Assembly: GCF_001194135.2 (NCBI RefSeq)
Contig: NC_068983.1
Span: 138,549,285-138,613,284 of the forward strand
From: Octopus bimaculoides
Taxonomy: Eukaryota
DNA: 64,000 nucleotides
Direction of reading: 5' to 3'
In this document: piece by piece, positions 24,661-36,639 of the stretch
Numbering within the stretch: the stretch's first letter is position 1
How the letters are laid out: the number at the start of each line of letters is the position of its first letter
Notes under the pieces: generated by a model
What the model was told of the DNA's origin: nothing
Database searches by the model: none
The model's input: the letters and a program-made list of their open reading frames with translations, nothing else
Program-made: the position numbers and the translations under genes

Positions 24661-25550
24661 GACTGTGTTTTGACTGGCATTCGACTGCTACGTTCATGAC
24701 AGCTGAACATCTAACCATTCATTTGAACCACGAAATCACGGTTATTGTTGAGTTGAATATAAGGATGACGCGACTTTCTGACAAACAATAATAATCATGA
24801 AAGTTTAACTCCAATCCAATCCAATCCAATCCTTTTTTAATGTTACACTACCATGACAGCACCTTGAACAAAATTACAAAGAATTTCTTCTGCAATCTGA
24901 ATAGATAGAGTGACAACTTCAATCAACTCGAAGCCTTCAATGCAACGTATGTACTTGCGTGACACATGTAAGCCTCATTCATAACAAAAATATGACTTAT
25001 TTTAATCTTCTTAGGATATGTATTACCATATAACTAATTATTTATAGAATCACTTCACGTTGAACGGATTCAAGTCAGTGTCTACTTCTCTAGCTACCTA
25101 TTTGTCTAATAAGTATTTATTACAGTAAATGCCAAGTAATCAATATCAATTAGCCAACAAAACATATTTATTTGGTCATTTGATCTGTTTGATATAATAG
25201 CTACCTCATTCTTATATTCTAATGTACCATCTTAAAAACACAAGCATACATTGTATTATATAGTTCTACAAACACTTTGCTTGAAAACAAAGATGGGATG
25301 GATAAGGTTGCAACTGTAGTTCTACTCGATAAGGAACAACTTATATGAAAGAATCACTACAAAACACCATATAGTCAGTTCATATATTCTTAACAACACT
25401 GTAAAGAATAAGTTACTAATATACACCCCAAAAGTTATTTTGATTTTGCCATATTTTGATGTAGACATTTTTCCCACCTTTGCTCTGCATAGGGAAGGTA
25501 TCATCAATATACTTAAATTAACAAAACTCTCCCAGAATCTCGTCACTTAC

Positions 25551-25686
25551 TACGACCGGGATCCTTTCAAATGACAATATACTGGCAGATATAAACTTTG
25601 TCTTGGCCGCGTTGAATTTCGTGCCAGCATGCAATTCAAAGGTTACGGTAACTTTCTACATTTGAGTAGCATTTTCTTCGTTCGAT
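25551..25686 (-). CDS. Candidate exon: 136 nt with one internal TAG, or 105 nt (25551-25655) using that TAG as acceptor
   Basis: Acceptor ttgctttgtttag|, donor GTA|gtaagt; frame SNEENATQM*KVTVTFELHAGTKFNAAKTKFISASILSFERIPVV. Confidence 0.35.
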
Positions 25687-26279
25687 CTAAACAAAGCAAT
25701 TTACTGCACAAAGCTAGTGTTATTTGATATTAACTACATTCCTAGATAACATCTTCAATTGTATAGCATAAACGGATTCCCTATGTTTATGATTGTCTTT
25801 ATAAATATTATTGGTTCCTTTATATGCATAAGAGAAGCTTGCTGTTATTTCCATTTTCGCTGTCAGTATTGCTTTAAACATTGTATTGAAAACTATTAAC
25901 TAAACATGAAGAATGTTTTAATGCAATATATAGAATAACAGAGATCATTGATTTATACTGCATTCATATATCACTCGTAATAAACTTGAAGTAGTGGATG
26001 TACGAAACAACATCATACTGATACCTACCTACCTACCTACCTACCTACCTACCTACATACCTACCTACCTACCTACCTACCTACATACATACATACATAC
26101 ATACATATGTGTGCGTGTGTGTATGATAATAAATAACGAAGGAAAGCTTCTAATAATGTGAAAAATGAACGTTGAGTAACCTTTCAGGCACAGAGGCGTA
26201 TCATCAGAAGTGAGCGGTTTAAAAATGTGAGTTTATGTAGATCCTGTCATCTTTCTAGCCGAACGGGCAGTGACCCCAC

Positions 26280-26482
26280 TTTTTCAGAGGAATGAGATAG
26301 CTACAGCAGTCTCCTAAAATGTTGCTGTTGGTTGCCGTAAATGTCCTAGTGGAGTAGTGAGGGAGCTAGTGGTAAGCTGTTTTTTCAGAGGAATGAGATA
26401 GCTACAGCAGTCTCCTAAAATGTTGCTGTTGGTTGCCGTAAATGTCCTAGTGGAGTAGTGAGGGAGCTAGTGGTAAGCTGTT
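26280..26482. repeat. Perfect 101-bp tandem duplication
   Basis: ttttcagaggaatgagatagc...gtggtaagctgt occurs twice, with identical copies offset by 101 bp. Confidence 0.97.
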
Positions 26483-27451
26483 CCGCGTGGATTCTAGTGC
26501 ACTGGGGACCGCCCCTGCATAGACACCTGTCAACGGTGAGACTCTAAGCAGTACAATATCTCTGAATATTAGTGAGCTATCTTATCTGCAACACGAGTAA
26601 GTGTCTCCGGACATATGTCATCTAGAAATTACAGATCTTTTCTGTTTGGCAGTAAATTTTGAAATTTTAAAGTTAATTAAACATTTTCAAATTTGGTGTA
26701 TTGATGAAATTTTTCACGCTGAACCCCAGAGCTTAATTAACTTATTCCAGAAAAATGATTTTAAAATGCTACTGAGGTTTAACTGTTGATAATTTTTACC
26801 CAGTCAGAAAATAGGATTTGGAAGCTGTCATTTTATGCGTGACTGCAATCCTAAAACGACAAAACTATAAGGTCAACATTGCGACTAGAGCACGTGCTTT
26901 AAGGACATAATAAGCGAAAAAATGACCGAGAAAAAGAGTAAACAGCACATATTTTAAGCATTCCAGAGACTGGTATCGAAGATACGACAAAATATTCAAA
27001 AATAGTAACAGATCCAAGTGTTCTTGAATGTGTTAACTATGATTTCACACGAATATGTTTCATAAAGCTACTTCTTGCGACATTAGTTTATATATACATG
27101 CGTATGTTTGTGTGTGTATGTGTCTGTATGTGTGTGTGTGACTGTGTGTATGTATGTATGGACATGCGAGTGATTGAATAGTATATGATGGATTGAATAT
27201 GTCGCAATCAGCATACTCGGATGAAACTTTTAATTAGTAAAATTTTCTCTCAGCTCCGTATCACTTTTTGTCGGCCGTTCATCAGACGAAGTGCACATAT
27301 TTTACCTTTCGATATTTCAAGACAGGCATTAGAATATCCATCCACTACGAATCGACAAGGCAAAGCAAAAGATTGAAGAAGGGAGAGTCTTGTGTTCTGC
27401 GATGTTGTCAACGTTAGGCGAGTGGAGCCAGCTAGTAATGATAATAGTGTA

Positions 27452-27671
27452 GAGGCGGCGAACTGGCAGACACGTCAGCACGCCAGGCGAAATGCTTAAC
27501 GGTATTTTGTCTGTCTTTACGTTCTGAGTTCAAATTCCGCCAATTTCGACTTTGCCTTTCATCCTTTCGGAATCGATGAATTAAGTACTAGGTGCGTACT
27601 GGGGTCGATCTAATCGACTAGTCCCCTTCCCCCAAATTTTGTGCCTTGTGCCTAGAGCAGAAAAGAATAAT
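27452..27671 (+). mobile_element. Family A tRNA-SINE, near full length
   Basis: aggcggcgaactggcagacacgtcagcacgccaggcgaaatgc..gttctgagttcaaattccgcc..gtgcctagagcagaaaagaataa. Confidence 0.92.
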
Positions 27672-27930
27672 AAAGACGCAGTAACTGAAGGGATATTAGG
27701 AGCAACTGAGTTCCAATACCGCGACTATAGCTAGAGAGACGGTCAGTGCTGGAATTGTAAGTCGGGGATGGAAGGTTTGGGGTGAGAGGATGTGGAATGA
27801 GAATCGATTCATGATTAGAAAACGGATGGTTTGGATAATGAGGAAAATTGAAGGACAAGGAAGCGCAGCAAAGTTGATGACGGCGGTGAGCTGAGTCAGA
27901 GTGAGGGAGGTAATTTCGAGGGAATTATTC
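27672..27930 (-). mobile_element. Degraded LINE ORF2 C-terminus
   Basis: Reverse complement DSAHRR..ASLS..HPLT.NLP..TDRLSS and (frameshift) SRYWNS, matching LAHRR.VASLS...HP..V.LP...WNSLP. Confidence 0.45.
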
Positions 27931-28290
27931 ATTAACCTACAATTAATTTGAAAAACGAGTTCAGTAAAGAGCGCAAAGATTTAAACCTCGACGTAACCTT
28001 AAGAATGGTTGGCTTAGCTAAATCCCATGCACATCTACATCTTTTTCTCTCACTATACCTATCTGTTTGTATCTGTCTCTCAGTCTTCACCTTCTCTCTC
28101 TCTCTCTCTTTAGATAAGTCGAGCATATATACATACATACATACATATATACGTATATGTATATATTTACATAAATACGTACATACACATATGCATACAC
28201 TCACACAAACACACACGCACACACACTCACACACACACACAAACACACCTAGCTACGCTACTTATTTTGCCTACTTACCTACCTACCTAG

Positions 28291-28347
<57 letters not shown>

Positions 28348-29236
28348 AACACATGCAGAGAGTAAAACAGTTGTAGATTGATATATAGCTTTTAATTGGT
28401 TTAAACTATTTACACGCTAATTCACACCGACTTCGGCTAATTCCAGTTTTAAGGGCAGTAGGTTATTCAACATTCTTGCTTTTGTAGTAGTACGCAGAAA
28501 GCAAAATCCCACGCTTCAATTACGTGATGATATCAGTTGTAAATATTAAATGTATAAACTTGAGATTATATAAAGATAAGAAACCTATAACAGATATAGA
28601 ATAGGCATTTGCTTCACGTTTGTAGTCTTTATATGTGCGTGTGCGCACCATATTCTGTGTTTGTGACTTAAGTTATGTATACTTTTCGTCCGTCGAAGCT
28701 TTGTTTTCCTGAATGGATTATATTTTGAAATATATATATTCCATTAATCGTAGATTAAGATTAAAGATTTTCTCAGAGACCTTTTACCAGCGTATTGTCT
28801 TTTATCCAGGCCTTATTCTGTTCATTTGATTTCCCTCGTGAATCGGTTGCAAACAGAATTTCATTTCGATCACTAGCTGTCTCATTATTATCGTGCTTTT
28901 CCAGTGACGTACACGAACTATTGTTTTAAAACTGATTCGCTCTACTTTCATCTTCCGACCATAAATTCCCTTTCAACTTGATGAAGTCTATAATGTAGTT
29001 TTCGGTAATATTTTCTATAATATCAAAAGTAGTCGAAACAAGATGCACGCCAAACCAGCTGGCAATTAGTATTTTGCTTTGCTCCTGTGATAGTGTATGT
29101 TGCAATAATACTGAGGTCGACTTTATCATTCATTCTTCCCGGCGTCGATGTGATCAACATCAATACAGACTGGATCCATATAATCGATTGTGAACCACTT
29201 GTTCCTAAAGTACATCATGCCTCTGTGCTATTATTA

Positions 29237-29237
29237 A

Positions 29238-29316
<79 letters not shown>

Positions 29317-29342
29317 TTATAATAATAATAATTATTATTATT
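29237..29342. repeat. (TAC)n-(TAA/TAT)n compound microsatellite
   Basis: Direct reading. Confidence 0.98.
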
Positions 29343-29490
29343 AGGGCAACAAGCTGGCAGAACCGTTAACAATCCGGACAAAATGCTTGGTGTCATTTCG
29401 TCCGTCCTTACATTCTGAGTTCAAAATCCGCCAAGGTCGGCTTTGCCTTCCATCGTTTCGGGGATGATGAAGTAACTAACAGTTACCCAC
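29343..29490 (+). mobile_element. Family A SINE, 5' two-thirds
   Basis: agggcaacaagctggcagaaccgttaac..ttctgagttcaaaatccgccaaggtcggctttgcc. Confidence 0.82.
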
Positions 29491-29807
29491 TACAGTCAAT
29501 GTTATCTAATTAAAGTTTTTATTATGCCTAGGGTATCATATATTTGGTTTTGCACATAGTATTGTTCTAAAGAATGTTTAAGAAAACAAGAAAATTATAA
29601 CTTTTGTTTCAAAATTTGAGATTACATAGACATTATATTACGTAGGATATGGGCAGTTCCCATAATCACTATCTTTTGAATTTCTGCCATATTGGGGTTT
29701 TCTAGTATCTGAGCTAGGTAGGAATCAATCCCTTTTGCTATCATTCCTTGGGCACCTATGACAACAGGTATTGTTTTAGTCTTGAGGTTCCACATTTTGC
29801 CAATTTA

Positions 29808-29877
<70 letters not shown>

Positions 29878-30148
29878 GTTATTATTATTATTATTATTAT
29901 AATTATTATTATGATATTTGCTGCAGAGTACATCAGACGTGTTTGCAAACGCTCCAAGTCCTTTTGAAAACAATTATTTACATCCGTTTGGTGCCGTTTT
30001 TTTGTTTGGTTTACATTTTATTTCAAGTTTTTAATAGAATCACCAGGAACCTGTCACTGGGCTACTGTGTTTGCTTGGCTCTTCCCGGGGCTATATTCGC
30101 CCCAGCGAATAAGTTCGGTGGGCGTTTAATCATATAGAATTCAAAAAG

Positions 30149-30823
30149 ATGGCGGAGCGCATCTTGAAAGAGTTCAGAAAAAAAGCTGCCCCACTTGCAT
30201 GTCTAGTGACTGGTGATTCCCCTTACTTTTCCTCCGTTACTGGCAACAATACAAAAGAGAAGGAAGAGACAAGGAAAGGAGAAAAACTAGAAAGTCCACC
30301 TCGCAGTAACAACAGTGGCAACATCGACAACAACATTGGTAGCAGTCACAGCGACAGCGGTATCAGTGACAGCAGCAGCAGAAGCAGTGACAGCAGCAAC
30401 AGTAGTAACAGTAAATGCGGTAGTAATGGTGTTGGCAACAACCATGTGAGGAACAGTATCAGCAGCCACTGTGGCAGTGACAATAGTCGCAGAGACAGCA
30501 GTTATGTTAACAATGCTACGGATTTTAGCGGAAAAAATAATCCGACCATTGAAGGCGGAGTGGAGGGAAATAGCGGTGACGATGGTGGTGAGAGTGACAA
30601 GGGAGGAAGGGGCCACAACATCACCACCACCATCATCATCATCCTCATCAGCAGCAGTTGCAGCAGCAGTAATAACAGCAACAGCAACAACAACAACAAA
30701 AGCAACGATGACGACAACAAAAATGAACGGATTGCTAATGTAGCAAACACAAAGGGAGAAATGTTTGCCATCGCACTCGATGAAAAAGCAAGTGAACTCT
30801 CAAAAGCGAAAGATATCATTTAA
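30149..30823 (+). CDS. 224-aa ORF, mostly S/N/G/D low complexity; possible coding exon of an unknown disordered protein
   Basis: aagATGGCG start context and protein-like ends, but the middle is degenerate AGC/AAC/GAC triplets that keep frames open by chance. Confidence 0.3.
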   Translation: MAERILKEFRKKAAPLACLVTGDSPYFSSVTGNNTKEKEETRKGEKLESPPRSNNSGNIDNNIGSSHSDSGISDSSSRSSDSSNSSNSKCGSNGVGNNHVRNSISSHCGSDNSRRDSSYVNNATDFSGKNNPTIEGGVEGNSGDDGGESDKGGRGHNITTTIIIILISSSCSSSNNSNSNNNNKSNDDDNKNERIANVANTKGEMFAIALDEKASELSKAKDII

Positions 30824-31369
30824 TTTGACGACGGGATAAGGCTGAAGTGCTCGTATCTCCCGAAATAATAGAGACAAACGAGAAGTAGAGAGTATATTTC
30901 AGATACGTATCACGCAAACGTACTGGGCATTAAGTGTATGGGTTTATTTCTGTATGTTTTTTGGAGAATTGTTGCATTATAGCGAGCAAAAGTCACTTCA
31001 TTGTATTCATGGTTATCTGTTCATCGATGATGTTTGGTTTTGTTATTCGTTTGGGCAGTTATATTAAGAGATGCGTCCATCTTTAAAGCGTTTACTTTTT
31101 GACAAAACACCGTCCCTGTAGTTGGTTGAAGTTTCTTTCGTATAGTGATTGCAAAAGGCTCACTGGATGAAATTCACTACAATTGCTTTCTTCTTTGTTC
31201 TTTGTTCTCCATTTATGGGTTTTTCACCTAATACTGATCATAGATATTCAACGGAATGCGTCATGACGCCTTTTCGATTAAAGACATTTAAATACCGTGC
31301 GTTCGGTGTTTATTATGTTCACCTTCGTGTGTGGTTTGTATAAACTGTATTATTATTATCATTGCGTGA

Positions 31370-31846
31370 GAGAGCAGTGCATGCGATCAAATTGACACCG
31401 GAGTACAAATATACGAAGCCCTGTATGCCCCTCATGACTACACCTCTGATAAGAGCACACCAGGCTTATGAATCACAGCTATTTGCGCGCGATATGGTGA
31501 TCTTATATCAATATAAAGAGCGCATGACCTTGCAAATGGGGCCTAGTTAGAATTTGCTTCAGGACAAGTAGCTAATCCCGCTCAAAAGGTATGTGAATAA
31601 GGATGTTGAACGAAACAACCATGTTTCCAGAGGTGAATTATCCGAACCACAAAGAATTCCTCTCAACACATGGCTATGATGCTCCCTCATATCTTCTGCT
31701 CGTGATCAGAGACGTGCATATCGTCAGCCACCAAGAAGGGAAATGCTCAAATGGTTACGGTCAAACAACTGTGAAGCAAATCTACGGTAATGTGCAAATA
31801 TTTGCCGTAGCCCATCCTTTATACCATGAAAAATCAATGTACATGA
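31370..31846 (+). mobile_element. Interspersed retroposon-like repeat ending in (ATC)n
   Basis: GC-richer block agtgcatgcgatcaaattgacacc..cccgctcaaaagg.. that I recall as a common octopus repeat (not verified); runs into an (ATC)n tail. Confidence 0.4.
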
Positions 31847-31894
31847 TATCATCATCATCATCATCATCATTATCATCATCATCATCATCATCAA

Positions 31895-31954
<60 letters not shown>

Positions 31955-31975
31955 TATTATTATTATTATTATTAT

Positions 31976-32905
31976 GTTGCTTATTTCTTCTTTCTTCAAA
32001 TTTTCTTCCATTTCTAGTCGAGTATTTTTCGTACACCTAGGGCAGAGAAGCTCATTGTATGCATTCCCAGTTTACACACACAAATTCAAAGGTAAAATAT
32101 GAATTTAAAAAATTAATAAGTAAATAAATTCATGAATGGATGTTGTTTTCACAGCGATAATGCTCTTCTCAGTATATAAGTCGTTCCCGTTAACACGATT
32201 TTTTGCATCACCTGTAGGGATGGTAGGCTTGGTATCATTTTCAAATAGGTTTCAGTACCCTTTTTTCTCATTCCTAGAGATCCTACAATCACTGGTACGG
32301 TTGTCGCCTTGAGATGCCACATTTTTTCAATTTCTATTAGCACGTCTTTATATTTGCTCATCTTGTCAAATTCTTTCGCCGCTATATATTGATCGCAAGG
32401 AATACTCATGTCAATTAATAAACACATCTATTCTGTCTGATCTTTTATAATAATATCCGGTTTATTAGCTTTTATAGTTTTGTCGGTATGTACGGGGAAG
32501 TCCCAGAGAATTGACACAATTTCTCCCTCTGTCACAGCTCCAGGATGGTGTTTATACCATTTGGCAGCGGTTTTGATTTTATAGTGCCGACATATTCATG
32601 TTTTTCAACAAGTTTTAGCATCCAATCGTTGGTTGTTTCAAGGTATTTGGCCAGTTCGATTGTGGTGCTTTTGTACGTAAGTTCAAGCTGGATCAAGCCT
32701 CGACTTCCCTGAGCTCTGGGAACATTTTGTGTGCGGACAGAAGTGATGAGAGCCAGAAATTTGGTATTCTATCAATACCAGGAGATTTCCATTTATGAGC
32801 CTTCGTTAGTGCCCTGCTTAGGTCGGCGATTGAGATGTCTTCTCATACCTGTTCTTCTACATTTTTGTAGGCATCTTGGGTGCGTTTGATCCACTCTGCA
32901 TTTTC
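31976..32905 (-). mobile_element. R4/Dong-clade non-LTR element, internally deleted, 3' end at (TAA)n
   Basis: AHKWKSPGIDRIPNFWL, then GSRGLIQLELTYK, then WYKHHPGAVTEGEIVSILWDFPVHTDKTIKANKPDIII..LIDMSIP..KYKD..VPVIVGSLG..LRRALSL (PD..D..K restriction-like endonuclease). Confidence 0.92.
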
Positions 32906-33390
32906 AGTTGACAGTTGTTTACTGGTCATGATTCAAGAACCTGGCGAAGAATTCTTGCAGTTCCAAGCAATGCTGATATTTATAGGTGTTCTGCCTTCAC
33001 ACTTGCACCGATCTTTTTCATCCATGCTGGTAGTTGAGTGCTGTTACTTCCAAGAGCACCAATTACTATTGGTATCACGTCTCCTCTTTTCAGTAATCGC
33101 ATCCTTCGTATTTCCCACTTTAAATCGTCATTCTTTCACATTCATCCTGTTGTTACCTGGGAGTGCTATGCCGATTATCATACATGTTCTTTCTTTTTCA
33201 TTCACCACAACAATGTCCCATTTCCTATGTCTGGTCAGGGGATTGCACTGGATCATTACATCCCACGGGATTTTGTAGTTCTCATTTTCGATGTCTTCTG
33301 CGGTTTTCTCATACCATGCCATTGCTCTTTGTAGGCCGTGATTTCCACAGAGCTCCCAATGGACCAGTCTTGCCATATTGTCATTGTGGA
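32906..33390 (-). mobile_element. Second R4/Dong-clade element, RLE C-terminus
   Basis: HNDNMARLVHWELC..WYE..ENENYKIPWD..HRKWDIVVVNEKERTCMIIGIALP and DLKWEIRRM..VIPIVIGALG..LLGTARILRQVL*. Confidence 0.92.
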
Positions 33391-33599
33391 CTTATGCTGA
33401 AGTGGTAGTGTTGTGTGTAGGAGGAATCTAGTTATCGGCGAAGTCCAACGTGGAGATAACCCTACTCTCCATCTTTAAGAAGTCATTTGTCTATTGGCAT
33501 TGTTAGAAGAGGCTGCGTGGTAAACGAGGCTGAGAGGATTGAGGAAAGGTACTTTTCCAGATACTATCAGTCACATTCCAAGCTTTCATCGACTTGGAA

Positions 33600-34030
33600 T
33601 GTGACACTGAATGGTCTGCACGCAAAGACGAGTTTTATTTAAGCGGGGAAGCTCTTAGCAAATTATCGAGAGTGATTGTGTTCCTTTTTTTTTTGAGGAT
33701 TTCTAGCATTCAGCCTCCAACCTGTCATCCACAAGAGTGCTCACTCTCCGTTTCACTCCTCTGTCTGTCTGCTTGTCTTTGTTTCTGTCCCTCTTCACCT
33801 TTTCTACTGCACAAAGATAGATAAGATGATGCCATCTGATTTCATTGATCGCAGACGTACGTTTCTTTCCTCCGCTCATCAAACTTATTGTATACAACTA
33901 CTCCACATCGTCTATCAACCAATACGCCTAGGACATTCTTCCCAGCAAGTCTGACATCTCCAACTTCTTCCCTGCTCATATTTCTTCCACAGCTGTTGAT
34001 TCACGATAATTCAAAACAAACAGGCTACTT
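33600..34030 (+). mobile_element. Degraded LINE 3' region
   Basis: Weak matches LQP..H, LFY, SSAH.YC.QL, FFP..SDISNFFPAHI (cf. FFPRT..LWNSLPAHIFP). Confidence 0.4.
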
Positions 34031-35222
34031 TCTCCAGACGAAATAGACAAACAGTAATATTATATTTATAACGTCATCAGAAAATTATTAATGACTTTGC
34101 TTTATCATAAACCAAACTATTTTCTTGAAACGTATGGAGTTCAATTGCGTCTGGTATTGAGATACTAATTTATACAATATCCATTCAGAGGCGTCCTCAA
34201 CGTGTGTTTAAAACCTAAAGTATATCTGGCCTGAATGTTTTAAGAGATGTTCTAGAGGATTAGCGTCAGCTGCAGATATGAAATCGAAGCAAGAGATGGC
34301 ACTAGGATTTTTTTAAAGAGCATATCCATATAGTCGGACTCATAATCACATATAAACGCTGATTAAGACTTATCTTTTGAAAATACGCAAAATTACACAA
34401 TACATAGAGTTTGTGCATTTTATCAAAAGTTGAAGGCTCTTCTATAGCTATTTTGAGTTTCATATTTATCATTGAAGTATCATAAGAAAAGCAACTCGAA
34501 AATATACAATGAAACTATAAATTAACAACAAAATATAGAGATTTGGGATGTGCATCACGCAGTTAATCATCTTTAGTTCAAAATTGTAAAATATAAGATG
34601 TTATACTTCTCCCAAAGCCAAAGAGCAGTTCTGGCCGACCTAACATCGTGGATTCATATGACCTCTAGATTTTCCAGTAACAAATGACATTTGAAAACCA
34701 GATGTATTTCAATAATGTGTTCAAATGTCATTCTGAGTGCTAGACTATTTTAAAATGAAACGCACACGCGCGCGCGTGCATACACATACACGCGCGTACA
34801 TGCATGTGTGTATTTATATATCTATACACGCAAACAAACAGACATACATATATAAAGAGAGAAAGAGAAAGAGAAAGTGAGAGTCTCCGAGAGAGTGAGT
34901 TAGAAATGTATTGAGTGAAGGAGAGATATACATTTATATACCGATTTTATCATAAGAATCCTTTCATGTAAACATTTGTTTCCTTATTGGATATGTTTTG
35001 TTATCGGAATGCATTTGAAAGTTTTCTGTTTTCGAATTCCATTTCGGTTTTTATCATATTTTATTTATTGTCATTGAAATTTTATCATTAATGTCTTTTA
35101 TTTCTATTTTATTTGCAGCGTATATATATATTCTCTTTTCCTAAATTCTTGAATTATTACTCTCAGGTTTGTTCAAGTTTTTGTCTTGGTGTCACTGAAA
35201 ACCCATATTCATCTTGCGTGTT

Positions 35223-35300
<78 letters not shown>

Positions 35301-36316
35301 CATAATGCATACATTCATACATACATATATATATATATGTACACATATCAACAAAATGAATATGGGTTTCAATGACATACATATGTATACATTGATATAT
35401 AGATTAATAGGCAGATAGTTATAGTTCTGCATGTTTGTGTGTTCGTGGGTATGCCTGTATAAGCAAAATTTTAAGTTTCATTTGGGTATCATGAACCCTA
35501 TTGTACTTAAAATTCTCAGTTCTCGTGACAATTTGCAATTCCTATGCCAGATTTTTCAAAGTATATTCTAAAACTTATTTTTGCTACTGTTCTGTTATAA
35601 TGCTTTTTCTTGTCAATATACCGTTTATTTACTTTGCTCAATAGTACTATGAAAAGAAAATCAAAAGACAACCCTAAAAATGATCAGCAACAATAAGAAT
35701 CTCACTAGAAAAAGCAATACATTTCTCAGTCTTTTTAGTGTAAATGTGTATGGCGTTTTCAATATATCAAATTTGCGGCGAGAACAATGTGAGGAACAAT
35801 AATAAAATAAAGGCTACGATTTATCTTTTCTTAATTCAATTGCTCTCTAAAAGGCATACGAATGCTTAAAATAAAAATAAATATCTAAATATAAAAGGGA
35901 AAAAGACTTTCCCATTCTTAAAAATGGTCGCTCGTACATAAAGTATTGCTGCAATACATAAAAACAAATGAGGGGAAAAAGTGTTTATTTAATTAGACTC
36001 TATATAGGAATTATTTGCGGTTCATTCTATGAAGAATTATAGTCTATTTTCAGGAATGTGAAATCCTTTTTCTTTTGTTTCTATAGTGACTCAATAAGAA
36101 AACGTACAGCTGATTAAAAACTGGAATAGTCATCACACACACACACACGAGCGCGCGCACACGTACACACAGTCACACACATACACACTCTCTTAAACTC
36201 AGAAGCATACATATTTCTGTGTGTGATATATATCAACCATCAAATAAATTAAAGTTTGTGTGAATATTTGCCACTTTATTATTTTAACAGAAATACAGGC
36301 CTATTGCAGAGCTTAC

Positions 36317-36329
36317 CTGCTTCTGCAAT
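36317..36329 (-). other. Candidate 13-nt micro-exon ATTGCAGAAGCAG
   Basis: ctattttgctgtttttctcgtag|ATTGCAGAAGCAG|gtaagc: strong pyrimidine tract and consensus donor. Confidence 0.3.
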
Positions 36330-36639
36330 CTACGAGAAAAACAGCAAAATAGAATTTATTTCCTCCCTATCTGGTTGCAAAAAAGGAAATATTGAAATGA
36401 GCAATTAAGATTTCAAGCCTGGAAGACGTTAGGCCATAGGCCTCTTTCATCAGCCAAACAAAAGGAACACTAAATGTTATGTTTTGGACAAAAGGTAGAG
36501 AAATAGGAAGATGCATGCTACACCATAATTTTCTTTTTGGATCTATAATTTTCTCATAAGATCCATTACAACCGTTGGAAAATAACATCAACTAAATAAC
36601 GAAATCAAAGACACGTCATTTTCATTACTTAGGAAAATA

